Assembly: GCA_963675745.2 (NCBI GenBank)
Contig: CAXXWX010000001.1
Coordinates: 160,001-224,000, forward strand
Length of the DNA: 64,000 nucleotides
Direction of reading: 5' to 3'
DNA from: Phycisphaerae bacterium
Lineage (GTDB): Bacteria; Planctomycetota; Phycisphaerae; UBA1845; Fen-1342
Shown here: positions 10,641-19,452 of the stretch, piece by piece
How positions within the stretch are numbered: position 1 is the first letter of the stretch
Layout: every line of letters begins with the position of its first letter
Made by a program: the position numbers and the translations under genes
Notes under the pieces: model-generated
The model's input: only the letters and a program-made list of their open reading frames with translations
Databases searched by the model: none
Told to the model about the DNA's origin: nothing

Positions 10641-10894
10641 CAAGCTGCGGTTGGTCTACCCTGAACCTATACAAAACCCGCGCGGTTTTCCGGCTGTTGA
10701 CGCCGGCGGGCCACTGACAATTCTGGCGCGTGTGAGCGTTCTTGTCACCCGCCCCGCTAGAAGCTGGGATAGATTATCGGCCTCACGCCGGCACGCGGAA
10801 CCTGGAAAGATTGCGGGTCCAGCAAACGAGCATTGGCGTCGATATTCACCGGTGGAGCACGGGTTCGGAGACCGACAGGGAGAAGCAAACGACA

Positions 10895-11938
10895 ATGGAC
10901 GAAATCGATAGCGGCATGCCTGGAAGCTGTACCCTACACAGTCACATCATCGTTGCCGAAGACGACCAGGCGACACTGAAGCTGTTCGTGCGACAACTCA
11001 AGGAGGCGGGCTATGAAGTTACGCCGTGTATAAACGGCCGCGAGGCGTTGGAGGCTATTCAGGAGCGTGGTAAAGGGATCATCATCGCCGACTGGGGCAT
11101 GCCCGAAATGGGCGGGCTCGAGCTGTGCCAGGCGGTGCGGGAACTCCAGTCATTCCGCGCCATTCAGAGCGTACACATCATTCTCGTAACCGCCAGCGCC
11201 GACAAAGACCGGCTGGTGCAGGGACTCGAAGCGGGGGCCGACGACTATCTCACCAAGCCCTATCACGCGCAAGAGCTATTGGCGCGCTTGCACGCCGCCG
11301 AGCGCACGCTACGCCTGCTGGACGAGTTGTTCCAGCAGCGGATGGAAGTACAGAAGGCCAATGCGACGCTCCAGGTGTTCAACGACAAACTCGAGAAACT
11401 GGCCAGCACCGACATGCTCACGGGGCTGCACAACCGCCGCGTACTGTTCGAGCGGTTCGGTGAGCTCTGGGCAATGTCGGAACGCACCGACGCCGATCTC
11501 GCGTTCATCATGCTCGATATCGACCACTTCAAAAGCGTGAACGACACCTACGGCCACCACGTGGGAGACCTGGTGCTTACCGAGGTGTCGCGGCGTATGC
11601 GCGGCGCGCTGCGGCCGTACGACGTCTGCGCGCGTTTCGGCGGTGAAGAATTCGCGGTGGTTTGTCCCAACTCCGATAGCGCGGCCACGACGCAAATCGC
11701 CGAGCGCATCCGTCAGGCCGTCGCAGCCAAGCCGGTCAAGGCTGAAGACCAGGTTATCCCGGTCACGGTAAGCGTCGGAGCCGCCACGCGGCGTGAGGAT
11801 CATGCGAGCGTGGACGTGCTGATCGGCGAGGCCGACGAGATGCTGTACCGCGCCAAAGAGAACGGTCGCAATCAGGTGTGGTACTACGACGCCGCAGGCC
11901 AGCCGACGCCCTACCCGCAGGCCGTGACCGCTACGTAG
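10895..11938 (+). CDS. Response regulator diguanylate cyclase (REC-GGDEF)
   Basis: AEDD...DWGMP...GADDYLTKP receiver; DIDHFK, RPYD I-site, RFGGEEF. Confidence 0.92.
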   Translation: MDEIDSGMPGSCTLHSHIIVAEDDQATLKLFVRQLKEAGYEVTPCINGREALEAIQERGKGIIIADWGMPEMGGLELCQAVRELQSFRAIQSVHIILVTASADKDRLVQGLEAGADDYLTKPYHAQELLARLHAAERTLRLLDELFQQRMEVQKANATLQVFNDKLEKLASTDMLTGLHNRRVLFERFGELWAMSERTDADLAFIMLDIDHFKSVNDTYGHHVGDLVLTEVSRRMRGALRPYDVCARFGGEEFAVVCPNSDSAATTQIAERIRQAVAAKPVKAEDQVIPVTVSVGAATRREDHASVDVLIGEADEMLYRAKENGRNQVWYYDAAGQPTPYPQAVTAT

Positions 11939-12204
11939 CCGCGGCACGCATCAGTTCAGCCGGCGAATCAACCCCGGAGCGGTCCGCACAACGCGGAGCG
12001 CTCCGCTGTTTAGTGTGCTCGCTATCGCGGGACTGGAGCTGGGCGAGCCGTGCCGCCTGGGGCAGTCACGACCGTCACTGCGCGATCCGCCCGGTCGTCC
12101 GGCGGGTATTCGCGGGGCGGGATGGCGATTATCATGCCGTCTCGATCAGGTACTGACGTATCCCCACGGCCGCCCGCGCTTGGCGTGGGCGCAGGAGCAC
12201 TCCG

Positions 12205-13572
12205 ATGGTAAATATCGCCGCCACCCCACCGCTCACGACCGCCGACCTGAAGCCAGCGCACCTGGCCCGTCTGCGCGATCATTTTCTGAGCAATCCCGCG
12301 TACCGTCTGGCCCAGAACGCCGTCACGCAGGTGAGTGTCGATGATGTGGCCCTCAATCGTGAGGTGATCACCAGCGTTGACCACACGTTCTCGCACAAGC
12401 TGGACGATTGGGAGGTCACCAATCAGAAAAAGTCCGGGCGCTGCTGGATGTTCGCCGGCCTGAACCTCTTGCGCGTCGGCATGATGAAACAGATGAACCT
12501 CAAGGAGTTCGAACTCAGCCAGAATTACCCGCTGTTCTGGGACAAGCTCGAACGCGCCAACTACTTCCTCGAGGCGATCATCGAAACGTCCGGCGACCCC
12601 ATCGATGATCGCACGGTCGCCTGGCTGCTCGATCACCCGCTCGATGACGGCGGCCAGTGGAACATGTTCGTCAACATCGTTCGCAAGTACGGCGTCGTGC
12701 CCAAGGCTTTCATGCCCGAAAGCGAAAGCTCGTCGGATACCAACAAGATGAATGCGCGGCTGCTGACCAAGCTGCGCGAGGGCGCCCGGCAGTTGCGTGA
12801 TCAGCGCGCAGGCGGTGCGCCGCGCGAGGTGCTGCGGTCGACCAAGCACGACATTCTGATGGTCGTGCATCGGATCCTCTGCATTCATCTCGGCACTCCC
12901 CCGGAGCGTTTTGACTGGCAGTGGAACGACAAGGACAAGAAGTTTCACCGCGACGGCGATATCACGCCGCGCGAGTTTGCCGAGAAGTACATCGACATCC
13001 CGCTCGATGAATATGTGTGCCTGGTGAATGACCCGCGCGAAACGAGCCCGATGGGACGCACTTTTACGGTCAAGCATCTCGGCAACGTGGTCGGCGGCGA
13101 GATTGTCACCTACCTGAACGTCGGGATTGACCTGATGAAGACGATTGCGGCACAGGCGATTGCGGGCGGCGAGCCGGTCTGGTTCGGCTGTGATGTTGTG
13201 CCGCAGATGCGCCGTGATCTGGGATTGTGGGACGCGGCGCTGTACGACTATGGCCGCGTCTACGACACTGAATTCAAGCTCGACAAGGTCGGCCGCCTGC
13301 TTTACCACGAAACGTACATGACACACGCCATGTTGTTCACGGGTGTTGACCAGGTGGACGCCAGGCCCAGACGTTGGCGCGTTGAGAATAGCTGGGGTGA
13401 TGAGAACAGCGGCAAGAAGGGCTTCTACTTGATGCAGGATTCGTGGTTCAACGAGTATATGTTCGAAATCGCCGCTCGCAGAAGCGCGCTGTCGGATGAG
13501 CTGCAGGCGGCCCTCAAGGAACCTCCAATCGTGCTGCCACCCTGGGACCCGATGGGCGCCCTGGCGCGATAA
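12205..13572 (+). CDS. pepC: Aminopeptidase C / bleomycin hydrolase (peptidase C1B)
   Basis: NQKKSGRCWMFA, DGGQW, THAM, WRVENSWG catalytic motifs. Confidence 0.93.
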   Translation: MVNIAATPPLTTADLKPAHLARLRDHFLSNPAYRLAQNAVTQVSVDDVALNREVITSVDHTFSHKLDDWEVTNQKKSGRCWMFAGLNLLRVGMMKQMNLKEFELSQNYPLFWDKLERANYFLEAIIETSGDPIDDRTVAWLLDHPLDDGGQWNMFVNIVRKYGVVPKAFMPESESSSDTNKMNARLLTKLREGARQLRDQRAGGAPREVLRSTKHDILMVVHRILCIHLGTPPERFDWQWNDKDKKFHRDGDITPREFAEKYIDIPLDEYVCLVNDPRETSPMGRTFTVKHLGNVVGGEIVTYLNVGIDLMKTIAAQAIAGGEPVWFGCDVVPQMRRDLGLWDAALYDYGRVYDTEFKLDKVGRLLYHETYMTHAMLFTGVDQVDARPRRWRVENSWGDENSGKKGFYLMQDSWFNEYMFEIAARRSALSDELQAALKEPPIVLPPWDPMGALAR

Positions 13573-13675
13573 ACGCGCCCGGCACGCCTGGCGGAACCGC
13601 GCCGACTCCAGTGGGCGGCACGTCTCGCGCAGCGCAACCTAACCTACGGCGTTGACTGCGTGGCGCGACTGCCAA

Positions 13676-13700
13676 GTAACGGCCTGCGCCCCGCAGGCCG
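13676..13700 (+). repeat. REP-like palindrome (family B), third copy
   Basis: gtaacggcctgcgccccgcaggccg between convergent genes. Confidence 0.55.
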
Positions 13701-13736
13701 CCGGCGCGAAACGTGTGGCTTTGCGCGCGGCCGATT

Positions 13737-14573
13737 TTACACTTCGGACAAGTGAATGCTGCCGGCCGGGTCATCACCGTACGCTACACGGAGGCGTGAG
13801 GGATCGTCGCCCAGGCCGTTGTAGGTGATCACGGGCGTATCGCCGCGGTAATCACCGCTGTACAGGCCGCAGAGGATTTCCGTGTCCGGCCCCGGGCGGT
13901 TCAGCGTAACGCCGGCGGCAATCAGGTATATGGTCGGGCTGTGAGTCCGATGGCGGTGGATGTCGAGCTCGACGCGCCTGACTTGAAGCCGTGCGTGGAC
14001 GACGGCCACCAGCAGGCTGCGAAATCGCCGATCAACACTGCTCTCGTCATGAAGCTGCGCGAGCCGGTCCACGCCACCCGAGTTGAACGCCTCGCGCAAG
14101 TCGTCCAGGAACGGTCGCTGCGTCTTGCCGGCCAGCAGCGCGTGCAGCGCGCCACAAGCCGCCGACTCGCAATCATACCGCTCCATGCCGCCGAAGGTCT
14201 GCGACTCGCGCGCTCCGACGGCGGCAACGTGTGCGTTTACTTTGATCATCAGCACCTTGAACGCCGACGACGATTCGGGCGTGGCGTAATGATGTTCGGC
14301 GACCGGAATGGCCCCCCACTCATAGCGCCCGCCCAGGTTGGACAGGCGGAACGGCGCCGGCTTGCCCAGCTTCAGCTCGGGCAGCAGTTTGTGGACGAAC
14401 ATGCGCTGGAAGGAGTCGACGCACTCCCACTCTGATTCGTCCGCGCAGGTGACGTGCATGGCGCCGACCGCCGCCGGTCCGAGCCCGCGCACATAATGGC
14501 AAAGCCCCCGGTTGACCTCGTCAAGCCCGTGCTCCACTCCGATCATGCTGACAAGCTGTTCGTGTTCCATCAT
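13737..14573 (-). CDS. Hypothetical protein, LCIB-like beta-carbonic anhydrase fold candidate
   Basis: TCADE ... FRLSNLGG ... NAHVA ... SAACGALHALL; start may extend to 14702. Confidence 0.5.
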   Translation of the reverse strand: MMEHEQLVSMIGVEHGLDEVNRGLCHYVRGLGPAAVGAMHVTCADESEWECVDSFQRMFVHKLLPELKLGKPAPFRLSNLGGRYEWGAIPVAEHHYATPESSSAFKVLMIKVNAHVAAVGARESQTFGGMERYDCESAACGALHALLAGKTQRPFLDDLREAFNSGGVDRLAQLHDESSVDRRFRSLLVAVVHARLQVRRVELDIHRHRTHSPTIYLIAAGVTLNRPGPDTEILCGLYSGDYRGDTPVITYNGLGDDPSRLRVAYGDDPAGSIHLSEV

Positions 14574-14740
14574 GTACCGTCCATAGTCGATCCAGGATTG
14601 GCCGCGGTTCGCGTATATCCGATCGCCACCGCCACGGTCAAGGCGCCCGGACGCCGAGATAATGCGGGGATGGGGCGGTGCCGAGATTCGCTCCTCTGGC
14701 ACGCGCCTCTGGTTGCCGTTAGGATTAGCGCTTGCCCCGA

Positions 14741-14846
14741 GGTTGACGGTCGGGCCGGTGCAGTGCGTCGGTCGGACAACGGGTCAGGACGGGAACGTAG
14801 CAGCCCACCCGGCTCGATCCACGTGCTCCGTCAACCCGGCCTGATC
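14741..14846 (+). ncRNA. ffs: Signal recognition particle RNA (4.5S)
   Basis: Helix-8 motif gggtcagg-acg-GGAA-cgt-agcagccc at 14781-14806 inside a long hairpin; upstream of dnaX-ybaB-recR; T-run at 14854-14859; ends approximate. Confidence 0.85.
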
Positions 14847-14868
14847 CTCGGGGTTTTTTGTGAGTATC

Positions 14869-14938
14869 GAGGGTTTGGGGTTCAGGGTTTGGCATTGTGC
14901 TCACCCGCCCCCCTAAACCCTAGACCCTAAACCCTGAC
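14869..14938. repeat. Inverted heptamer tandem array (empty type)
   Basis: gagggtt-tggggtt-cagggtt (14869-14889) vs ccctaaa-ccctaga-ccctaaa-ccctgac (14911-14938). Confidence 0.7.
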
Positions 14939-14945
14939 AACCTCC

Positions 14946-16400
14946 ATGGCCTACACAGTTCTTGCCCGCAAATATCGCAGCCGGACGTTTGACGAGGTCG
15001 TCGGCCAGGAGCCGATCGCCACGACGTTGGTCAATGCCATCAAGGCCGGCCGCGTTCATCACGGCTACCTGTTTACCGGCACGCGCGGCGTGGGCAAGAC
15101 CAGCATGGCGCGAATCCTCGCCAAGGCGCTGAACTGTCTCAAGACCAAGCAACCGACCGTCAAGCCGTGTTTGAAGTGCGACGCCTGTACCAAGATCGCC
15201 GAGGGCGAAGATATCGACGTGGTCGAAATCGACGCGGCGAGCAACACCGGCGTCGACAACATCCGCGAGCTACGTGGTAACACCGCTTATCGCCCGGCGC
15301 GATCGCGATTCAAGATCTACATTATCGATGAGGTACACATGCTCTCGATCGGGGCCTTCAACGCCCTGCTGAAGACCCTTGAGGAGCCACCCGACCATGT
15401 GAAGTTCATCCTCGCGACGACCGAGACACAGAAAGTGCCGCCCACGGTCCAGAGCAGGTGCCAGCGTTTCAACTTCCGCAACATAGGACCGGACGCCATC
15501 GCCCAGCGCCTCACCGAGATCGCCAAGGACGAAGGCGCGACCGCTGAGACGGCCGTGGTGCAGCGCGTTGCTCGGCTGGCAAACGGCTCGATGCGCGATG
15601 CGCTGAGCATCCTCGATCAACTGCTGTCGGTTTCGCCAAAGAAGCTCACGGCGGACGTGCTCGACGAAATACTCCCGCCCGCGCTCGATGAACAGGTTTT
15701 CAAGCTCATGCGCCACGCGGCGGACGGTGAAATTGCGCAGGTGTTGGCTGTCACCGATGAGATCCTTGGCCAGGGCCGCGGTCCTGAGCTACTGTGCGCC
15801 GATACCATCGAGGCGATGCGAAGTCTGATGCTGCTGAGGGCCTGTGGACCGGACGCGCCGATGGTGGACGTTCCCGCCGCGGAGCGTGAGGCATATGTCA
15901 AGCTCAGCGGCGAATTTGAGCTTTCGCAGTACGTTCAGATGATCGCGATGTTCGAGGAACTGCGCCGCGGTGTGCGCTTCAGCGCGGCGGGCCGCGCGCT
16001 GCTGGATGCGGCGATGGTGCGATTGGCGCACACCAAGCGCTGGACCCCAATCGAGACCCTGCTGGACCAGCTCGGCGACGACAACGCCGGTGGCGTTCAA
16101 AAAAAAAAGCGCGCGCCCACGGTAGCCCCCTCGCCGGCGCCCGCTGACCAGCGCCCCGACGCTCCTCCGGTCCAACACGATCAATCGCCGCCACATGTTG
16201 ACAGTGCCTCGCGGCAGCAGGCCTCCAGTGGCGTAACGGCGGTCTCACAGGCCCCCGCCGCCTCCGTGACCATGTCACAGGAAGACCAGCAGCGCATCCG
16301 GCAGGATCCGCTGGTGCAACAGGTACTTACGATGTTCGATGGTATGATCGTCAATGCGGGTTGGCGGTCTCAAGGGGCCGTTCAAGACGATGTGGAGTGA
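14946..16400 (+). CDS. dnaX: DNA polymerase III subunit tau/gamma
   Basis: LARKYR, GTRGVGKT, EIDAASN, IDEVHML, LLKTLEEPP, SRCQ. Confidence 0.97.
   Translation: MAYTVLARKYRSRTFDEVVGQEPIATTLVNAIKAGRVHHGYLFTGTRGVGKTSMARILAKALNCLKTKQPTVKPCLKCDACTKIAEGEDIDVVEIDAASNTGVDNIRELRGNTAYRPARSRFKIYIIDEVHMLSIGAFNALLKTLEEPPDHVKFILATTETQKVPPTVQSRCQRFNFRNIGPDAIAQRLTEIAKDEGATAETAVVQRVARLANGSMRDALSILDQLLSVSPKKLTADVLDEILPPALDEQVFKLMRHAADGEIAQVLAVTDEILGQGRGPELLCADTIEAMRSLMLLRACGPDAPMVDVPAAEREAYVKLSGEFELSQYVQMIAMFEELRRGVRFSAAGRALLDAAMVRLAHTKRWTPIETLLDQLGDDNAGGVQKKKRAPTVAPSPAPADQRPDAPPVQHDQSPPHVDSASRQQASSGVTAVSQAPAASVTMSQEDQQRIRQDPLVQQVLTMFDGMIVNAGWRSQGAVQDDVE
16099..16109 (+). promoter_or_regulatory. A10 run / A-AAA-AAG slippery site in dnaX
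   Basis: gtt caa aaa aaa aag in frame, just after the domain III region. Confidence 0.7.
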
Positions 16401-16403
16401 CGT

Positions 16404-16751
16404 ATGTTCGGCAATATGGCACAACTGATGCAACTGCTCAGAGAAGCACCGCGGATCAAGCAGCATGTGAGCGAGATCCAGCAGCGCCTCGCCGAAGCAC
16501 GCTATACCGGCGAAGCCGGCGGCGGCCAGGTTCGCATTGTGGTGGACGGCAAGGGCGAGCCGCAGGAAATCACGCTGGAGCCGGAGCTGATCAAGAGTGG
16601 TGATGCCGAACTGATCGAGGAACTCGTGCTCGCCGCCATCCGCGACAGCATGCAGCAGACCCGAGACGCCGCCCAGCGCGAAATGCAGAGTCTGACCGGC
16701 GGGGTTGATTTGGGACCGCTCATGAACATGTTCGGCGGGTCGCAACCGTGA
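16404..16751 (+). CDS. ybaB: YbaB/EbfC nucleoid-associated protein
   Basis: GEAGGGQV...D.ELIEELVLAA; located between dnaX and recR. Confidence 0.92.
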   Translation: MFGNMAQLMQLLREAPRIKQHVSEIQQRLAEARYTGEAGGGQVRIVVDGKGEPQEITLEPELIKSGDAELIEELVLAAIRDSMQQTRDAAQREMQSLTGGVDLGPLMNMFGGSQP

Positions 16752-17359
16752 ACGAAAGGCCCCTGACCGGCCCGCTGCAACGTCTGATCGAGGAGCTCAC
16801 CAGGCTCCCCGGAATCGGGGCGCGCTCGGCCGAGCGAATCGCGTTCCACATCCTGAAGGCGGATCGCGACGAGGCCATGGCACTGGCTCGCGCTATCGCG
16901 GACACAAAGGAGAAAATCCGGCCGTGCCGAGAGTGCTTCAATCTGGCGGATGCTGAACTCTGCCACATCTGTCAGGACCATCGGCGTGACGCCGGCCAGG
17001 TGGTCGTCGTCGAACAACCCAAGGATCTGCTGGCCCTGGAGGCCACCGGGCTGATCCGCGGGCGATATCACGTGCTGATGGGGCACATCGCACCGCTGGA
17101 GGGTATCGAGCCGGCCCATCTGACAATTGATGCGCTGGTGAAACGGGTCAAGGATGGCGGCGTAAAGGAAGTGATCCTGGCGACCAACCCGACGCTCGAG
17201 GGTGACGCGACCGCCCTGCACATCATCAGCCTGCTCGCCGATCTCGACGTGCGCGTCACGCGCCTGGCCCGCGGGATCGCACCAGGGGCGCAGCTCGAAT
17301 ACGCGAACCGCGCCATGCTGGAAGAGGCCTTCCGCGGCCGGCAAGACGCCGGGCAATAG
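16748..17359 (+). CDS. recR: Recombination protein RecR
   Basis: LPGIGARSAERIAF, C4 zinc finger, EVILATNPTLEGDATA. Confidence 0.97.
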   Translation: MNERPLTGPLQRLIEELTRLPGIGARSAERIAFHILKADRDEAMALARAIADTKEKIRPCRECFNLADAELCHICQDHRRDAGQVVVVEQPKDLLALEATGLIRGRYHVLMGHIAPLEGIEPAHLTIDALVKRVKDGGVKEVILATNPTLEGDATALHIISLLADLDVRVTRLARGIAPGAQLEYANRAMLEEAFRGRQDAGQ

Positions 17360-17626
17360 CGCCGTCGCGGCGAGCCCCCATACACATACGACTCGTGCGA
17401 CAGCGACCGCGGCTGTGTGCTCGCGCGGCACATACTGCCAACACGATGTTGCGGCGCAGCCGCAACGAGAAACTGTCAACTGCCAACATCCGCGAACACA
17501 ACAAACCAAGCGATTGCCTGGTCCACTGCTGCGAATCCGCCGCGCACTCGTAGCCGCACTTTGAGCAGAGTTGACATTCTTGTCGCTGCCAGCGACGGTC
17601 GCACCAGCGACGGTCCCGCGGGGGTA

Positions 17627-17650
17627 GGTGCGAGATGGGAATCTCGCACC
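17627..17650. terminator. Perfect 10-bp hairpin with GGGA loop between convergent genes
   Basis: ggtgcgagat-ggga-atctcgcacc; no clear U-tract. Confidence 0.4.
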
Positions 17651-17721
17651 AGCGATCTCATCTGGCGCCAGCGACAGCAATCGCGCACGAGCCGTGAACG
17701 TCCGCCTCGGGAAAGTGAACG

Positions 17722-18615
17722 CTACGGGCCAAACAGACCCGGCTCGAGCGGCGGAAGCGCGATGCGCTCCAGTCGCGGGTAGGCGTCTAATAGTGATTCC
17801 GGCACCGAGACCTTGCCTTCCTCGAGAATCGACTTGATCTCAAGGCCATTCACCACCGCCTGGCCGCGATAGTGGTTATTCGTAAATACGTACACGTCGT
17901 CCGCGGCGGTGGCCATATCACGAATTCGATCAATCCACGCGCGGATTTCGTCGTCGGCGTACAGGTAGTTGTAACGCTCGTAAGCCGGCACATTGTCCGC
18001 AAACCAGTTCTGCGCGTTGCGGCCGTGCAGACGCGTGTACGCCGTTGCGCCAAACACGTGCGAAGTCGGCTCGACGCAGTCGCGCAAACGCGGCTGGTCG
18101 ATGTTGCAGTACGCCCCCACTTCGCGCAGCACGCTCAAAGCCTGCGGCGCGGCCCACGAGGCGTGGCGAACCTCGACCACGCGATCGTATTCCGCAAACT
18201 GGTCGCGCAGGCGCTTGAGCCAATCCACGGCCGCCGCGTCAAACCGAAACGACCAGGGGAATTGCATGAGCAGCGGCCCCAGCACACCCCGCTCGCGCAA
18301 CGGCGAGAGCGCATCCTTGAACGCGCGCGCGTCGGCGGCCGCTGGAAACTCGTGTCGTTGGTGCGTAAAGCTCTGGGTCAGTTTGATGGCGAAGCGGAAC
18401 CGGTCGGGCACCAGCGCCGGCCACGCCGACGTCATTTTCTGCGTGGGAATCCGATAGAAGCTCGTGTTCACCTCGACCGCGTTAAACAGCCGACCGATGG
18501 CTGCCAGCGGCTTGAACCCGCGCCCGCGATGCTTCGGATACACCACGCCGTTCCAGTCGTCGTAGCTCCACCCGGAGGGGCCGATCCAGAGATTATGTTG
18601 CGGCGCGGCAGCCAT
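17722..18615 (-). CDS. DUF72 family protein (YecE-like)
   Basis: IGPSGWSY, VEVNTSFY, LMQFP, VEVRHASW, YTRLHGRN, VFTNNH. Confidence 0.9.
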   Translation of the reverse strand: MAAAPQHNLWIGPSGWSYDDWNGVVYPKHRGRGFKPLAAIGRLFNAVEVNTSFYRIPTQKMTSAWPALVPDRFRFAIKLTQSFTHQRHEFPAAADARAFKDALSPLRERGVLGPLLMQFPWSFRFDAAAVDWLKRLRDQFAEYDRVVEVRHASWAAPQALSVLREVGAYCNIDQPRLRDCVEPTSHVFGATAYTRLHGRNAQNWFADNVPAYERYNYLYADDEIRAWIDRIRDMATAADDVYVFTNNHYRGQAVVNGLEIKSILEEGKVSVPESLLDAYPRLERIALPPLEPGLFGP

Positions 18616-18840
18616 ACTTACGTGGTAGCGAGTTCGGGCGGAGCTGGCAAGCTTTACGTGCGCGCCGGGCCCGCTAGGAAGCCGTACCCGACCAGGAGCG
18701 ATGTGCCGGTGAATGCACCCACGCCGATGTTCCATGAGCTCCAGGCTTGGGATACGATCTTGCCGCAATAGCGTTTGGCGGTTTGAGACCGACGCCGGTG
18801 GCGATTGAACCAGGAGTCTGCCACGTTTTCCCGTTATGTG

Positions 18841-19335
18841 ATGGATGCTCGGGGGCGCCGGGTCGCCATCCTGGACCCGGTTAGCCTGCACCTGTGGCGG
18901 CCGGTGACGGCGCGGCTGATGAACCGGCCAGATGTGATCGCCGCGGCGCCGTTAAAGGCGATCGCGGTCGAGCTCGACCCCACCTGGGCAAAACGCGGCT
19001 ACCTGGTCCTGCTCGTGTACGTCGTGGGCCTGCTGTTGTGCTTTGGCGGCAGCCTCCACTACCGGGCATACATCAGCGTCAATCCAACCTGGGATATCGT
19101 GGGAGTGATGTTCTGGGTGGTGCAGTTCGCCGCGTTGTTCGGGGCCTTCGCCGCTTCATGGTGGATTGGCGCGCGCGTGCGTCGGCCGCGCATATGCGCG
19201 GTGATGCTCAAGCATGGTCGATGCCCGCATTGCGGGTACGACCTGCACGGCTCGGTCGCCGACCCGGCGGACTCGGCGACGGTGTGCCCGGAGTGCGGGT
19301 GCGCGTGGATCGTCGCAGACGCGCATACGCCATAG
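18841..19335 (+). CDS. Two-TM membrane protein with C-terminal zinc ribbon
   Basis: Two hydrophobic helices, then CPHCGYDLHG...CPECG. Confidence 0.7.
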   Translation: MDARGRRVAILDPVSLHLWRPVTARLMNRPDVIAAAPLKAIAVELDPTWAKRGYLVLLVYVVGLLLCFGGSLHYRAYISVNPTWDIVGVMFWVVQFAALFGAFAASWWIGARVRRPRICAVMLKHGRCPHCGYDLHGSVADPADSATVCPECGCAWIVADAHTP

Positions 19336-19452
19336 ATTCGGGGCGTAGCTTGAATTCCGGCAATGTGACGCCAAAACGCAGGGTCTGAAACACGGCTCTG
19401 CGGAGTCAACGTCGACCTTTATGTGGGTATGCTCGCCTGATACAATGGTAAA

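Noticed and set aside
12022..13326. Long antisense ORFs (also 8333-9469, 48230-49369, 57770-58933, 59591-60883)
   Set aside because: Shadow frames of well-supported genes, expected in high-GC DNA
13649..13664. 16-nt exact match gcgttgactgcgtggc, also at 39495-39510
   Set aside because: Only two copies, one between convergent genes; chance cannot be excluded
14911..14938. Plant telomere-like CCCTAAA repeats
   Set aside because: Only four imperfect units, paired with an inverted arm in bacterial context; better explained as a heptamer hairpin
17471..17491. Weak period-7 runs (aactgtc aactgcc aacatcc; also near 39575)
   Set aside because: Too degenerate and no clear complementary arm
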